A DNA stretch of 58,432 bases, taken from Acidobacteriota bacterium. Its GTDB lineage: Bacteria > Acidobacteriota > Blastocatellia > RBC074. The notes beneath the pieces were generated by a model that had not been told where the DNA came from, did no database searches, and saw only the letters and a list, made by a program, of their open reading frames with translations. The position numbers and the translations under genes are program-made. The stretch lies in contig JBDTUN010000644.1 of the NCBI GenBank assembly GCA_040007715.1, forward strand, positions 1 through 58,432. Reading direction: 5' to 3'. Below, piece after piece: positions 33,435 through 42,993 of the stretch. Every line of letters begins with the position of its first letter. The stretch's first letter is position 1.

Positions 33435-34196
33435 TCAAGGCCGCCAATTCCAAACCGGCGGCTGCCCGCTGATCTCCGGCAGATAGATTCCGTCCAGTTT
33501 ATCCGGCCTGACGTATTTGATCAGAAAATCAACCACCTGAGTCCGCTCCTGTCCGTTCTTTCCTGATTGCTGGTTTCGCTCGACGCGCCAGACTGCGCCT
33601 TCCACCGGGTCAATCGCGCCGTGGCCTGAAGTGGAGATGGCCGCCAGGGCGGCTTCGATGCTGAAGGGCGCACCGTCTGACAACAAGCGCGGCAAGGCAA
33701 AGAGGTCTTTCACCCTTTGGCGCAACTGGTCGAAGGGAGTTCGCGTTGTCGCGCGCATCAGGTCGAAGACGACGAATGGATCGTGCGGCAGATCGTAGCG
33801 GGTGCCATGAGCCTGCATCAGCCACTCGCCGCACAATCGCTCGCCGTCTTCGAGCACGGCCAGAAAGCGATCCTGATTGGCGTAGACCCAGGCGGCAAAT
33901 TGCCAGTGTTGTTCGTAAGGCGAAGTATCGGCCAGATAACCGGCGCGCCCCAGCGGGTAAAGCACATCGCCCACGCGCGCCACGCCGACGTTCGCGCCAT
34001 CCAGCTTTTCCTGCACGATGATACGGTCGTGACGATCTCGCGCTTTTTGCGTCGCGATCATCGCCTGCCCCGTGTGGCAGGAATGGTCGCCCAGCCCCAT
34101 ACGCGAACCGGGCAGATGCGGGATGTGGCCGTAGTTTTTGATGCCCAGCGGCTTCCATGCGCGCCGTTCCGTGAGTTCCTTCGGTTGTTGGTCCAT
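33435..34196 (-). CDS. ATP-dependent RNA ligase family protein (nucleotidyltransferase core)
   Basis: Motif I QEKLDGAN, III CGEWL, IIIa FVVFDL, IV EGAVWR, V IKYVR; no OB domain; strong SD AAGGAGG. Confidence 0.82.
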   Translation of the reverse strand: MDQQPKELTERRAWKPLGIKNYGHIPHLPGSRMGLGDHSCHTGQAMIATQKARDRHDRIIVQEKLDGANVGVARVGDVLYPLGRAGYLADTSPYEQHWQFAAWVYANQDRFLAVLEDGERLCGEWLMQAHGTRYDLPHDPFVVFDLMRATTRTPFDQLRQRVKDLFALPRLLSDGAPFSIEAALAAISTSGHGAIDPVEGAVWRVERNQQSGKNGQERTQVVDFLIKYVRPDKLDGIYLPEISGQPPVWNWRP

Positions 34197-34210
34197 ACTG
34201 TTCCTCCTTC

Positions 34211-34245
34211 TTGAGCTGTTACATTCTGTATGACATTATGCGGTT
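34211..34245 (+). promoter_or_regulatory. Putative sigma70 promoter giving a leaderless antitoxin mRNA
   Basis: TTGAGC-N17-CATTAT-N6-ATG(34246); no SD before the ATG. Confidence 0.45.
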
Positions 34246-34476
34246 ATGAAACAGATCAGTATTCATGAACTGCAAGCCGACACCGGAGCGTGGATCAGCC
34301 AGGTTGCCATCGAGAAACAAATTGTCGTTACCGACAATGGACAGCCTGTCGCGGCAATCGTTCCTCTTCCGTTGCAAAAGCGCGGAAAGACATTGCCGAA
34401 TCGCGAAGAGCAAATTCTCCAACAACCCTACATCGCCATAGATTCAGCAGTCTATATCTCTGAAATGCGGGATTGA
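34246..34476 (+). CDS. Type II antitoxin, Phd/YefM (prevent-host-death) family
   Basis: MKQISIHELQADTGAWISQV...IVVTDNGQPVAAIVPL; overlaps the PIN gene. Confidence 0.85.
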   Translation: MKQISIHELQADTGAWISQVAIEKQIVVTDNGQPVAAIVPLPLQKRGKTLPNREEQILQQPYIAIDSAVYISEMRD

Positions 34477-34910
34477 GCGTGCTCTACTTCGACACAGCCT
34501 ATATTGCCAAGTGTTATCTAAATGAACCGGGTGCTGCCAGCGTCAGGCACATCGCATATTCATCTTCTGGAATTGCCTCCTGTGAGTTGGCGCGGGTTGA
34601 ATTTCACGTCACCGTCCATCGCCATTTGCGAGAGAGCCATTTGACTGCCGATAGGGCACGACGGGCAGTTGAAGATTTTCTCATGGATGAAGCTGATGGT
34701 GTCTGGTGTTGGTTCCCGGCTACTTCGTCACTGCTCGAACAGATTTGCGATCGAATCAAGCTGCTGCCCCCGGGTGTTTTTCTTCGCACGGTTGATGCCA
34801 TTCACTTGACCTGCGCAAGCAGCAACGGCTTTCAGGCCATCTACTCCAACGACCGCCATTTGTTGGCCGCAGCGCCCTACTTTGGGCTAACTGGCATAAA
34901 CATCATCTGA
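34473..34910 (+). CDS. Type II toxin, VapC/PIN-domain ribonuclease
   Basis: YFDTAYIAKCY..E.G, ELARVEF, LRTVDAIHL, YSNDRHL: the acidic PIN tetrad is present. Confidence 0.88.
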   Translation: MSVLYFDTAYIAKCYLNEPGAASVRHIAYSSSGIASCELARVEFHVTVHRHLRESHLTADRARRAVEDFLMDEADGVWCWFPATSSLLEQICDRIKLLPPGVFLRTVDAIHLTCASSNGFQAIYSNDRHLLAAAPYFGLTGINII

Positions 34911-35054
34911 TCACGCCCCATTGCCGGACTCAAATTCCTCATCCTTGAAACCGCCAATCGCTTTGAGTTGCGGCATCGGCGGCTTGAGGTTAAATTCCGC
35001 GCTGCAAATTTCCATTGCTTCATCTCTCATATCAACGCGGGCAAAGCGGGTCGA

Positions 35055-35879
35055 ATGATGAAAATTGACACTCAAACTGTCGCCGTCGTCACTGGCGCAG
35101 CTTCCGGCATCGGTCGCGCGTTGGCTGTGCGTCTGGCTGCCGAAGGCGCGCAGTTAGCCATTTGCGATGTCAACGAAGCGGAGTTAAGAGAGACTGTGCG
35201 AATGGCAGCGCAGCCCGGCGTCAAAATTACCACTCACGTTGTTGACGTTTCCGACCGGGAGCGTATGGCTGCGTTCGTTGATGAAGTTGTCGGCGAACAT
35301 GGGCGGGCGCATCTGGTTATCAACAATGCAGGCGTGGCGCTTGGCGGTGTCGCTGAAGAGTTGGCCATCGAAGACATCGAATGGCTGATGAGCATTAACT
35401 TCTGGGGCGTGGTCTACGGCACGAAGATGTTCTTGCCTATCCTGCGCCAGCAGCCGCGCGCCCATCTGGTCAACATCTCTTCGATCTTTGGCATCATTGC
35501 GCCGCCCGGGCATTCGGCTTATGCGGCCAGTAAGTTCGCCGTGCGCGGCTTCACTGAATCGCTGCGGCATGAGCTTGCCGGAAGCAACATCAGGGTCTCC
35601 TGCGTTCACCCCGGCGGCATACGCACCAACATTGCGCGCAACGCCAAAGCGGGCGCGGGTGTTGACCGGTCGGTGATGGAAAAAGAGGGTGAGTTTTTCG
35701 ATAAAGTCGCCAAGACGCTCCCCGAACAGGCTGCTGATCGTATCTTGCGCGGCATCCTTCGCGACGAAGAGCGAATCCTGATCGGACAGGACGCCCGAAT
35801 AATCGAAAAGGTGCAACGGCTGATGCCGGTCAAGTATTGGACGCTGCTCGGCAAGCTGCTTGACGCGCTGGCGAAGTGA
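35055..35879 (+). CDS. SDR family oxidoreductase
   Basis: TGAASGIG, INNAGV, INFWGV, YAASKFAVRGF, VHPGGI.T. Confidence 0.93.
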   Translation: MMKIDTQTVAVVTGAASGIGRALAVRLAAEGAQLAICDVNEAELRETVRMAAQPGVKITTHVVDVSDRERMAAFVDEVVGEHGRAHLVINNAGVALGGVAEELAIEDIEWLMSINFWGVVYGTKMFLPILRQQPRAHLVNISSIFGIIAPPGHSAYAASKFAVRGFTESLRHELAGSNIRVSCVHPGGIRTNIARNAKAGAGVDRSVMEKEGEFFDKVAKTLPEQAADRILRGILRDEERILIGQDARIIEKVQRLMPVKYWTLLGKLLDALAK

Positions 35880-35901
35880 ATCTTTTGGAGGTTTTGTAAA
35901 A

Positions 35902-36867
35902 ATGCCAAGTTGGCAAACGCGGATGTTTTCAGCCGCTGTGCGATTGCTGGTCAAACGCGGGGCCAGAAAGCCGATAGCGGATGAAGCGGCAGGCGCAAAA
36001 CATGTGCGCCGGTTATTCGAACCGCCTGAGTTCCTGCGCCCGTCGCTGCCCGCAGGCGTGAGGATCGAGCCAGTCAATGAAGCTGGTATTCACGGCGAAT
36101 GGGTCGAGTCTTCGTTAAATCCGGGTGCGCCGCGGCAGACGGTCTATTACCTGCACGGCGGCGGCTATGTTGCCTGTTCGCCTCGTACGCATCGCGGGTT
36201 CACCTCCCATTTGGCTGGCGCGGCTTCCGCCAAAGTTTTCGCATTGGAATATCGCCGCGCCCCGGAACACAAATTCCCGGCGGCCCTGGAAGACGCGGTG
36301 AACGGTTACCGTTGGTTATTGGAAAAAGGCGAGCATCCGGGCAAGATTGTCATTGGCGGCGATTCGGCCGGCGGCGGTTTAGCGGCGGCGTTACTGATTG
36401 CCTTGCGTGATCGCGGCTTGCCGTTGCCGAGCGCCGCCTTTCTGCTTTCGCCGTGGACGGATTTGGCGGCGACAGGCTCATCGCTGGTGACGAACGAAGC
36501 GGCTGATCCAATGCTCTCCGGAAAGATGACGCACAGGCTGGCAAAGCTCTATTACGGAGATGCTTCGCCGCTAGACCCTTTGGTTTCGCCCTTGTATGGC
36601 GATCTAATCGGTTTACCGCCGATGCTTATCTACGTCGGCGATACTGAAGTTCTGCTCGACGATTCGGTGCGACTGGCGGATCGCGCGAAACGGCACGGAG
36701 TCAAGGTTGATTTGCGGATCGAACATGAACTGCCGCACGTCTGGCCGGTCTTCGTCACGTTCGGTTTGCCGGAAGCGCGCCAGACAATCGGCGAAATCGC
36801 GGCGTTTATCGGGCAACACTGTTCTTCACGGCAACCTGAAGGTCTGGCCAAACGCACTGCGGCATAA
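35902..36867 (+). CDS. Alpha/beta hydrolase (HSL-family esterase/lipase)
   Basis: YLHGGGY, YRRAPEH.FPAA, GDSAGG, LLSPW.D, E.LLDD, HVW; SD GGAGG before ATG 35902. Confidence 0.93.
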   Translation: MPSWQTRMFSAAVRLLVKRGARKPIADEAAGAKHVRRLFEPPEFLRPSLPAGVRIEPVNEAGIHGEWVESSLNPGAPRQTVYYLHGGGYVACSPRTHRGFTSHLAGAASAKVFALEYRRAPEHKFPAALEDAVNGYRWLLEKGEHPGKIVIGGDSAGGGLAAALLIALRDRGLPLPSAAFLLSPWTDLAATGSSLVTNEAADPMLSGKMTHRLAKLYYGDASPLDPLVSPLYGDLIGLPPMLIYVGDTEVLLDDSVRLADRAKRHGVKVDLRIEHELPHVWPVFVTFGLPEARQTIGEIAAFIGQHCSSRQPEGLAKRTAA

Positions 36868-36945
36868 ACAGTTGGGCAATTCATTCCGGTTGCCCGGCTT
36901 CCACTAAACACAGTTTCATCATTAACGACAACGGCACACCCAACC

Positions 36946-38301
<1,356 letters not shown>

Positions 38302-38304
38302 GCA

Positions 38305-38338
38305 TGTAGTATTTACAATCGGCAGTGTAGTATTTACA
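38305..38338. promoter_or_regulatory. Tandem palindromic transcription-factor sites
   Basis: TGTAGTATTTACA (TGTA-N5-TACA) occurs at 38305-38317 and 38326-38338, with a 21-bp period. Confidence 0.6.
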
Positions 38339-38454
38339 GTCGTCAGTCAGGCTGGATATTTGTATTGATTGGTTTCTACCTCTTGTAAATCAGTAAACTG
38401 CCTTCTTTTTTTTCGGGTATTCCTTGCCCCCTGGTAGGATTTCTAATTTTTGGC

Positions 38455-38484
38455 TTGACAGTCCTGTCTTGCGCGTAGTATTAA
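38455..38484 (+). promoter_or_regulatory. Putative sigma70 promoter
   Basis: Perfect TTGACA at 38455 followed by TAGTATTAA (candidate -10 elements at 15-18 nt spacing). Confidence 0.5.
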
Positions 38485-38489
38485 AACCT

Positions 38490-39170
38490 CGCATCCCAAC
38501 AACGAAGCTGTACCCAATAACTAACATCCAAATGGGTCTGTGTTTTGGCGTTATTCCCAAAAAGGATTGGCCGTCTTTCTAAGAGGTAACGCCTAATAGG
38601 ACTTTTGGTAGATTAGGCTTCAGTACAACGATGTTGTAAGTAGGATGATAACTAAAGTGTGGTGCCCGGACTTTAGCTCGCAGTCGCCAACCTTACTGTT
38701 TCCCCTACCTAATCCCATCGTACAGCGGCTACTCATGAATAAACGTTCAATTGTTATTAAGCTTTTCTTTGCCCAAGCTGTTTTCCAACGGTAGCAATGA
38801 TAATGATGTAGCTCGCTCTTAGCACTACCCACACAACGCCGTCCCAAATTCTGAAATAAGCATGCTCAATTAAGTAGCTGGTGGGTGGAAGTGTGCACAC
38901 CCACTGCAAAAGAGCTTTGTGTTTACCATGCCTGTCTGATTTCAGGCAGGCTCTTTGACAAACAAAAATCGGATAGATTTAAGTCAAAGGCTAAAAATAT
39001 TGGAAGGTAGTTGGGGCTTGCCTGAGCGCCGGATTTAGGAGAACATGCCAGTTATACCGATAACAGTTACTGTACTGAACGCGAGTCCGTTAAACTGGCT
39101 CGGTTGGTTTAACGGCGTGATGTATATTACGGTGCTTAGGCAATAACATCTCAACTTACTTATCCGACTC
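38490..39170 (+). ncRNA. Candidate large structured RNA / long 5' leader (about 700 nt)
   Basis: Many nested helices, including long-range ones (38507-38513/38720-38726; 38726-38733/38873-38880; 39018-39031/39130-39143), with no long ORF; ends just before the SD of the next gene. Confidence 0.5.
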
Positions 39171-39184
39171 AAGGAGAAAATATT

Positions 39185-41164
39185 ATGGTGCCTCGTAATT
39201 TGTATCCATCGGAAATCGGAACTAGGTCGAAATTCAGAAACCGGGCTGTGCTGGTTACTGCGTTGATGCTGGCCAGCTTGCTTATAGCCGGTAGCTCTAC
39301 GCCGGCGTTTGCGCAGTTTTCAGGCATGAAAGCGCAAACCATCGAACTCGAAGCGACTCCGATTTCAGATTCGCAAATCCGCCTGAACTGGCGGATCAAC
39401 TATCCTAAAGATGTTACTAGCATTCGCATCTACCGTGCCCACTACGTAACACCGGACAATTTCGTCTTTTTGACGTCATTGGCGGCAAATACATTGAGCT
39501 TCGTGGATTCGGGGCTGAAGGCGAAGGCTACCTGGATATATCGCATTCAGACCTCGGAAAAGAAGCCGGCCATGCTGTCGTCCCCATCGAATGTGGTAAG
39601 GGTGACGACGCTGGATGTGCCTGCCGATCCTGGTACGAAGCAACAGGGTGGGCCGGATGAGCCGAAAACGACTACGGATGATCCTTCGATCGGCAGCATG
39701 ATTCAGACGCTGTCGGCGAGGGCAATTTCGGCGAATGAGATCGAATTGAGATGGGCGATCCCGAATATGAATGGCGTGTCGTCCATGCGCATCTTTCGCG
39801 CCTCATCTTTTGACCCGAAGAATTTCATTATGGTCAGCACGGTTGGATCGAATTTTAACCGTTATGTTGATCCGGATTTGAAACCGCGCACGACTTACTA
39901 CTACCAGATAAAGTACAACCTGAATAGCACAGGTGCGCGGCTTTCACCGCCGTCGAACACAGCGTCGGCGACCACGCCGGATGGGGCTGATCCCAATCCG
40001 CGCGCAAAGCTGGCCGCCCAGCGTCCCAAGCCAGGCATTTTGTTCGAACTCTCTCCGGGCGGCATCGGGTCGGCCATTCCGCTGGACAACGCCGAGAACG
40101 ATTTCCTGTTCCTGCTTAACAAGTATCGGGCGTCCAGAGGCGTCGGGCCGGTGCGTGCTTCGGTTGCATTGACGATGGCCAGCGATGCGCTCAGCAAGGA
40201 TTTGGCAAACCGCGAAGTCCTCAGCAAATCCAACTCGGACGGCTTCGGCGGTTATATGCGTTATCGGGGATTCGGGTTCTACAAGTTCGATATCAACTAC
40301 GACACGCTGGCGGCTATCACCAGAATGATGGACATTCCGGCATTTTTCGACGAGGTGAGGCAGTCCCCAGAGTTAAACGCGATGATGCTCCGGCCGGAGT
40401 GGAAGACCGTCGGAATCGGACGCGCGTACAGCGGCGCAGGTTCTTATTACTGGGTTGTGGACTTTGTTAATTACTGGGATAAGACCATTCCGCTGGGCGG
40501 CGAAGACACCGATGGCCGTGTTGACGGCAACGAGCGTGTTCGCACCCGCCCGCCTTTTGATTCGCTATTGGCGAACGCCAGGCTGACTGGCTACGGCGAC
40601 GACGGCAAGTCCTACTCTCCGGTGCATTGCGATACCGAAACGAATGAATGCTGGCGCGACCCAGCGCCGGGCGACAACCGCAGTCTGAGCGAAGATTCGC
40701 TGCCGGAGAACATGACAGGGATGTGGCATGTCGCATACCAGATCAATCCGAAAGGCGTGATGCACTTCAACTCTCCCGACAGGTTCGATATGACGGAGTT
40801 CACGATGTCCCTGCTCATTAATGAAAATGGGACCTGGGTGTCGCAAGGGTACAAAGCCTATCAAGAACCACCACCGACCGAGGCGGGCACGTGGAAGTGG
40901 GTGCACGATGCCGCCAAGGGCGAAGAGATAGTGACGTTCTTCCGCGACAACGGCAAACAGGCAGCAACGTTCCGGGTTCATGCCTCGCCGGGAGTCATGA
41001 CTTTCTTTGTTGTGGATGGCGGAGACTTCTTCAAAGGCGTCAAGGGCGACTACAATCCCACCGACGATGCGCAGGTGATCTCCCTGCCAGGCGCAGGATT
41101 CTTTCTGGGATCGGCATCGCCATTCCCATCAGGATTGCGTTGTGGCACGTGCCCGCAACCTTAA
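39185..41164 (+). CDS. Secreted protein with two fibronectin type III domains, a CAP (SCP) domain and an unassigned C-terminal domain
   Basis: Signal peptide ending AFA-Q; two FN3 repeats (ISDSQIRLNW...FVDSGLKAKATWIYRI; ISANEIELRW...YVDPDLKPRTTYYYQI); CAP motifs (LLNKYRASRGVGPV...SPELNAMML.PEWKTVGIGRAY...YYWVVDF); SD AAGGAG. Confidence 0.78.
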   Translation: MVPRNLYPSEIGTRSKFRNRAVLVTALMLASLLIAGSSTPAFAQFSGMKAQTIELEATPISDSQIRLNWRINYPKDVTSIRIYRAHYVTPDNFVFLTSLAANTLSFVDSGLKAKATWIYRIQTSEKKPAMLSSPSNVVRVTTLDVPADPGTKQQGGPDEPKTTTDDPSIGSMIQTLSARAISANEIELRWAIPNMNGVSSMRIFRASSFDPKNFIMVSTVGSNFNRYVDPDLKPRTTYYYQIKYNLNSTGARLSPPSNTASATTPDGADPNPRAKLAAQRPKPGILFELSPGGIGSAIPLDNAENDFLFLLNKYRASRGVGPVRASVALTMASDALSKDLANREVLSKSNSDGFGGYMRYRGFGFYKFDINYDTLAAITRMMDIPAFFDEVRQSPELNAMMLRPEWKTVGIGRAYSGAGSYYWVVDFVNYWDKTIPLGGEDTDGRVDGNERVRTRPPFDSLLANARLTGYGDDGKSYSPVHCDTETNECWRDPAPGDNRSLSEDSLPENMTGMWHVAYQINPKGVMHFNSPDRFDMTEFTMSLLINENGTWVSQGYKAYQEPPPTEAGTWKWVHDAAKGEEIVTFFRDNGKQAATFRVHASPGVMTFFVVDGGDFFKGVKGDYNPTDDAQVISLPGAGFFLGSASPFPSGLRCGTCPQP

Positions 41165-41191
41165 CTCCAATTCGATCTCGTAATTGAGATG

Positions 41192-41234
41192 GCAAACGCC
41201 GCAGTGGATTTCCCGCTGCGGCGTTTGCACTTTT
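41192..41234 (+). terminator. Intrinsic terminator after the FN3-CAP gene
   Basis: 13-bp stem GCAAACGCCGCAG / CTGCGGCGTTTGC followed by ACTTTT. Confidence 0.7.
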
Positions 41235-41278
41235 GGCACATCTCTTGCTGCGGCGTTTGCACTTTTGGCACATCTCTT
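41215..41278. repeat. Perfect 32-bp tandem duplication
   Basis: GCTGCGGCGTTTGCACTTTTGGCACATCTCTT at 41215-41246 and again at 41247-41278. Confidence 0.92.
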
Positions 41279-41369
41279 TTGGTATGTACTCTCAGGCTGT
41301 TAGAATCCGCGCCTGCGTTACCAAATCAAAAAATCAAATGTACAAACATCCGAAGAGAAGAGGGCATAG

Positions 41370-42986
41370 ATGAGTTTTCCGAGGGCGAGCGGGGTATTGC
41401 TTCACCCGACTTCGTTGCCTGGGTCGTCGGGAATCGGCGATCTGGGACAAGCGGCGTATGAATTCATAGACTTTCTGGAAGAGACCGGGCAGAGCCTGTG
41501 GCAGGTGCTGCCTTTAGGGCCGACAGGCTATGGCGATTCGCCATACCAATGTTTTTCGGCCTTTGCTGGCAATCCTGTGTTGATCAGCCTGGAAACCTTG
41601 GTGGCTGATGGATGGCTCAATGACAAGGACTTGGCCGATGCGCCGGCATTTTCCGCCGACCACGTTGATTATGGCGCTGTCATCGAATTCAAAACCAAAC
41701 TGCTCACCCGTGCGCACGCCCACTTTGTTGAAGAGGCTTCGGATAAGGATAAAGCCGATTACCTGAGATTCACGCAGCAGACCGCGTGGTGGCTGGATGA
41801 TTACGCGGCATACCGCGCCATCAAGGACGATCACGGCGGCCAGGAGTGGACGAAGTGGCAGCCATTCATGCGCGATCGTGAAAACAAGGCCCTGCACTTT
41901 TTTCGCGAAAATCACGCGCTCGACATCAGCCGCCATAAATTCTGGCAATACATATTCTTTAAACAGTGGCTTTCGCTTGCGAGTTATGCGAGCAGCAAAG
42001 GCGTCAAGATGATAGGTGACGCGCCAATCTTCGTCGCGCACGATTCAGCCGACGTGTGGGCGAACCGGGAGCTTTTCTACCTGGACGAAAAAGGCGAGCC
42101 GACCGCCGTCGCTGGCGTGCCGCCGGACTATTTCAGCGAAACCGGGCAGTTGTGGGGAAACCCGCTTTACCGCTGGGACGTGATGGCGAAGGATGGATAT
42201 GAGTGGTGGCTCAAACGCATCCGCGCGACGCTGGCGATGGTAGACCTTGTCCGGCTCGATCATTTCCGCGGCTTTGAAAAATATTGGGCCGTGCCCGCTG
42301 GCGAAACCACTGCCGTCAATGGCGAATGGGAACCGGGGCCGGGCGCGGATTTGTTCAACGCGATTCAGAAAGCCTTTGCCGTGGCGGACGGTCCGTTGCC
42401 GATCATTGCCGAAGACCTGGGGATGATTACGCCAGAGGTCGAAGCGTTGCGCGATGAGTTCGACCTGCCAGGCATGCGCATTTTGCAATTCGCCTTCGGC
42501 ACTGACGCTCAGGCCGACGAGTTCAAGCCCTACAGTTTCAAACCGAACACGATTGTTTACACAGGCACGCACGACAACGACACGACTGTCGGCTGGTTCA
42601 CCAGTCAGGACGCCGGAGCCAGTACGCGCAGCCAGGATGATGTCAACGAAGAGCGCGAATTCGTGCTGAAGTATCTGGGATCGGACGGCGCGGAGATTCA
42701 TTGGGATTTCATCCGTCTGGCATTGGCGTCAGTGGCCAACACAGCGGTTATCCCGCTGCAGGATGTGTTGGGATTGGGCAGCGAAGCGCGAATGAACACG
42801 CCCGCGCGCGAAAGCGGCAACTGGGGCTGGCGCTACAGGGCGGAGCAGTTGACGCCGGAGATTCGCGCGCGCCTGGCTGAACTGACCGAAATTTACGGAC
42901 GCAACCGCGCACGTTTGAAGAAGGCAGAAGCGGCAACAGATACCATGGGCGATGCCATTAGCGATGCAGACCCACCGGCAGAGTAA
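41370..42986 (+). CDS. malQ: 4-alpha-glucanotransferase (amylomaltase, GH77)
   Basis: RASGVLLHPTSLPG, WQVLPLGPTG, GVPPDYFSETGQLWGNPLY, RLDHFRGF, IAEDLG, YTGTHDNDT, RMNTP. Confidence 0.98.
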   Translation: MSFPRASGVLLHPTSLPGSSGIGDLGQAAYEFIDFLEETGQSLWQVLPLGPTGYGDSPYQCFSAFAGNPVLISLETLVADGWLNDKDLADAPAFSADHVDYGAVIEFKTKLLTRAHAHFVEEASDKDKADYLRFTQQTAWWLDDYAAYRAIKDDHGGQEWTKWQPFMRDRENKALHFFRENHALDISRHKFWQYIFFKQWLSLASYASSKGVKMIGDAPIFVAHDSADVWANRELFYLDEKGEPTAVAGVPPDYFSETGQLWGNPLYRWDVMAKDGYEWWLKRIRATLAMVDLVRLDHFRGFEKYWAVPAGETTAVNGEWEPGPGADLFNAIQKAFAVADGPLPIIAEDLGMITPEVEALRDEFDLPGMRILQFAFGTDAQADEFKPYSFKPNTIVYTGTHDNDTTVGWFTSQDAGASTRSQDDVNEEREFVLKYLGSDGAEIHWDFIRLALASVANTAVIPLQDVLGLGSEARMNTPARESGNWGWRYRAEQLTPEIRARLAELTEIYGRNRARLKKAEAATDTMGDAISDADPPAE

Positions 42987-42993
42987 AAAAAAT

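Noticed and set aside
38490-39170. Known riboswitch (c-di-GMP, c-di-AMP, cobalamin, T-box), RNase P, tmRNA or group II intron
   Set aside because: I could not find the diagnostic conserved motifs of these classes by eye; a cmscan run is needed for a definitive exclusion.
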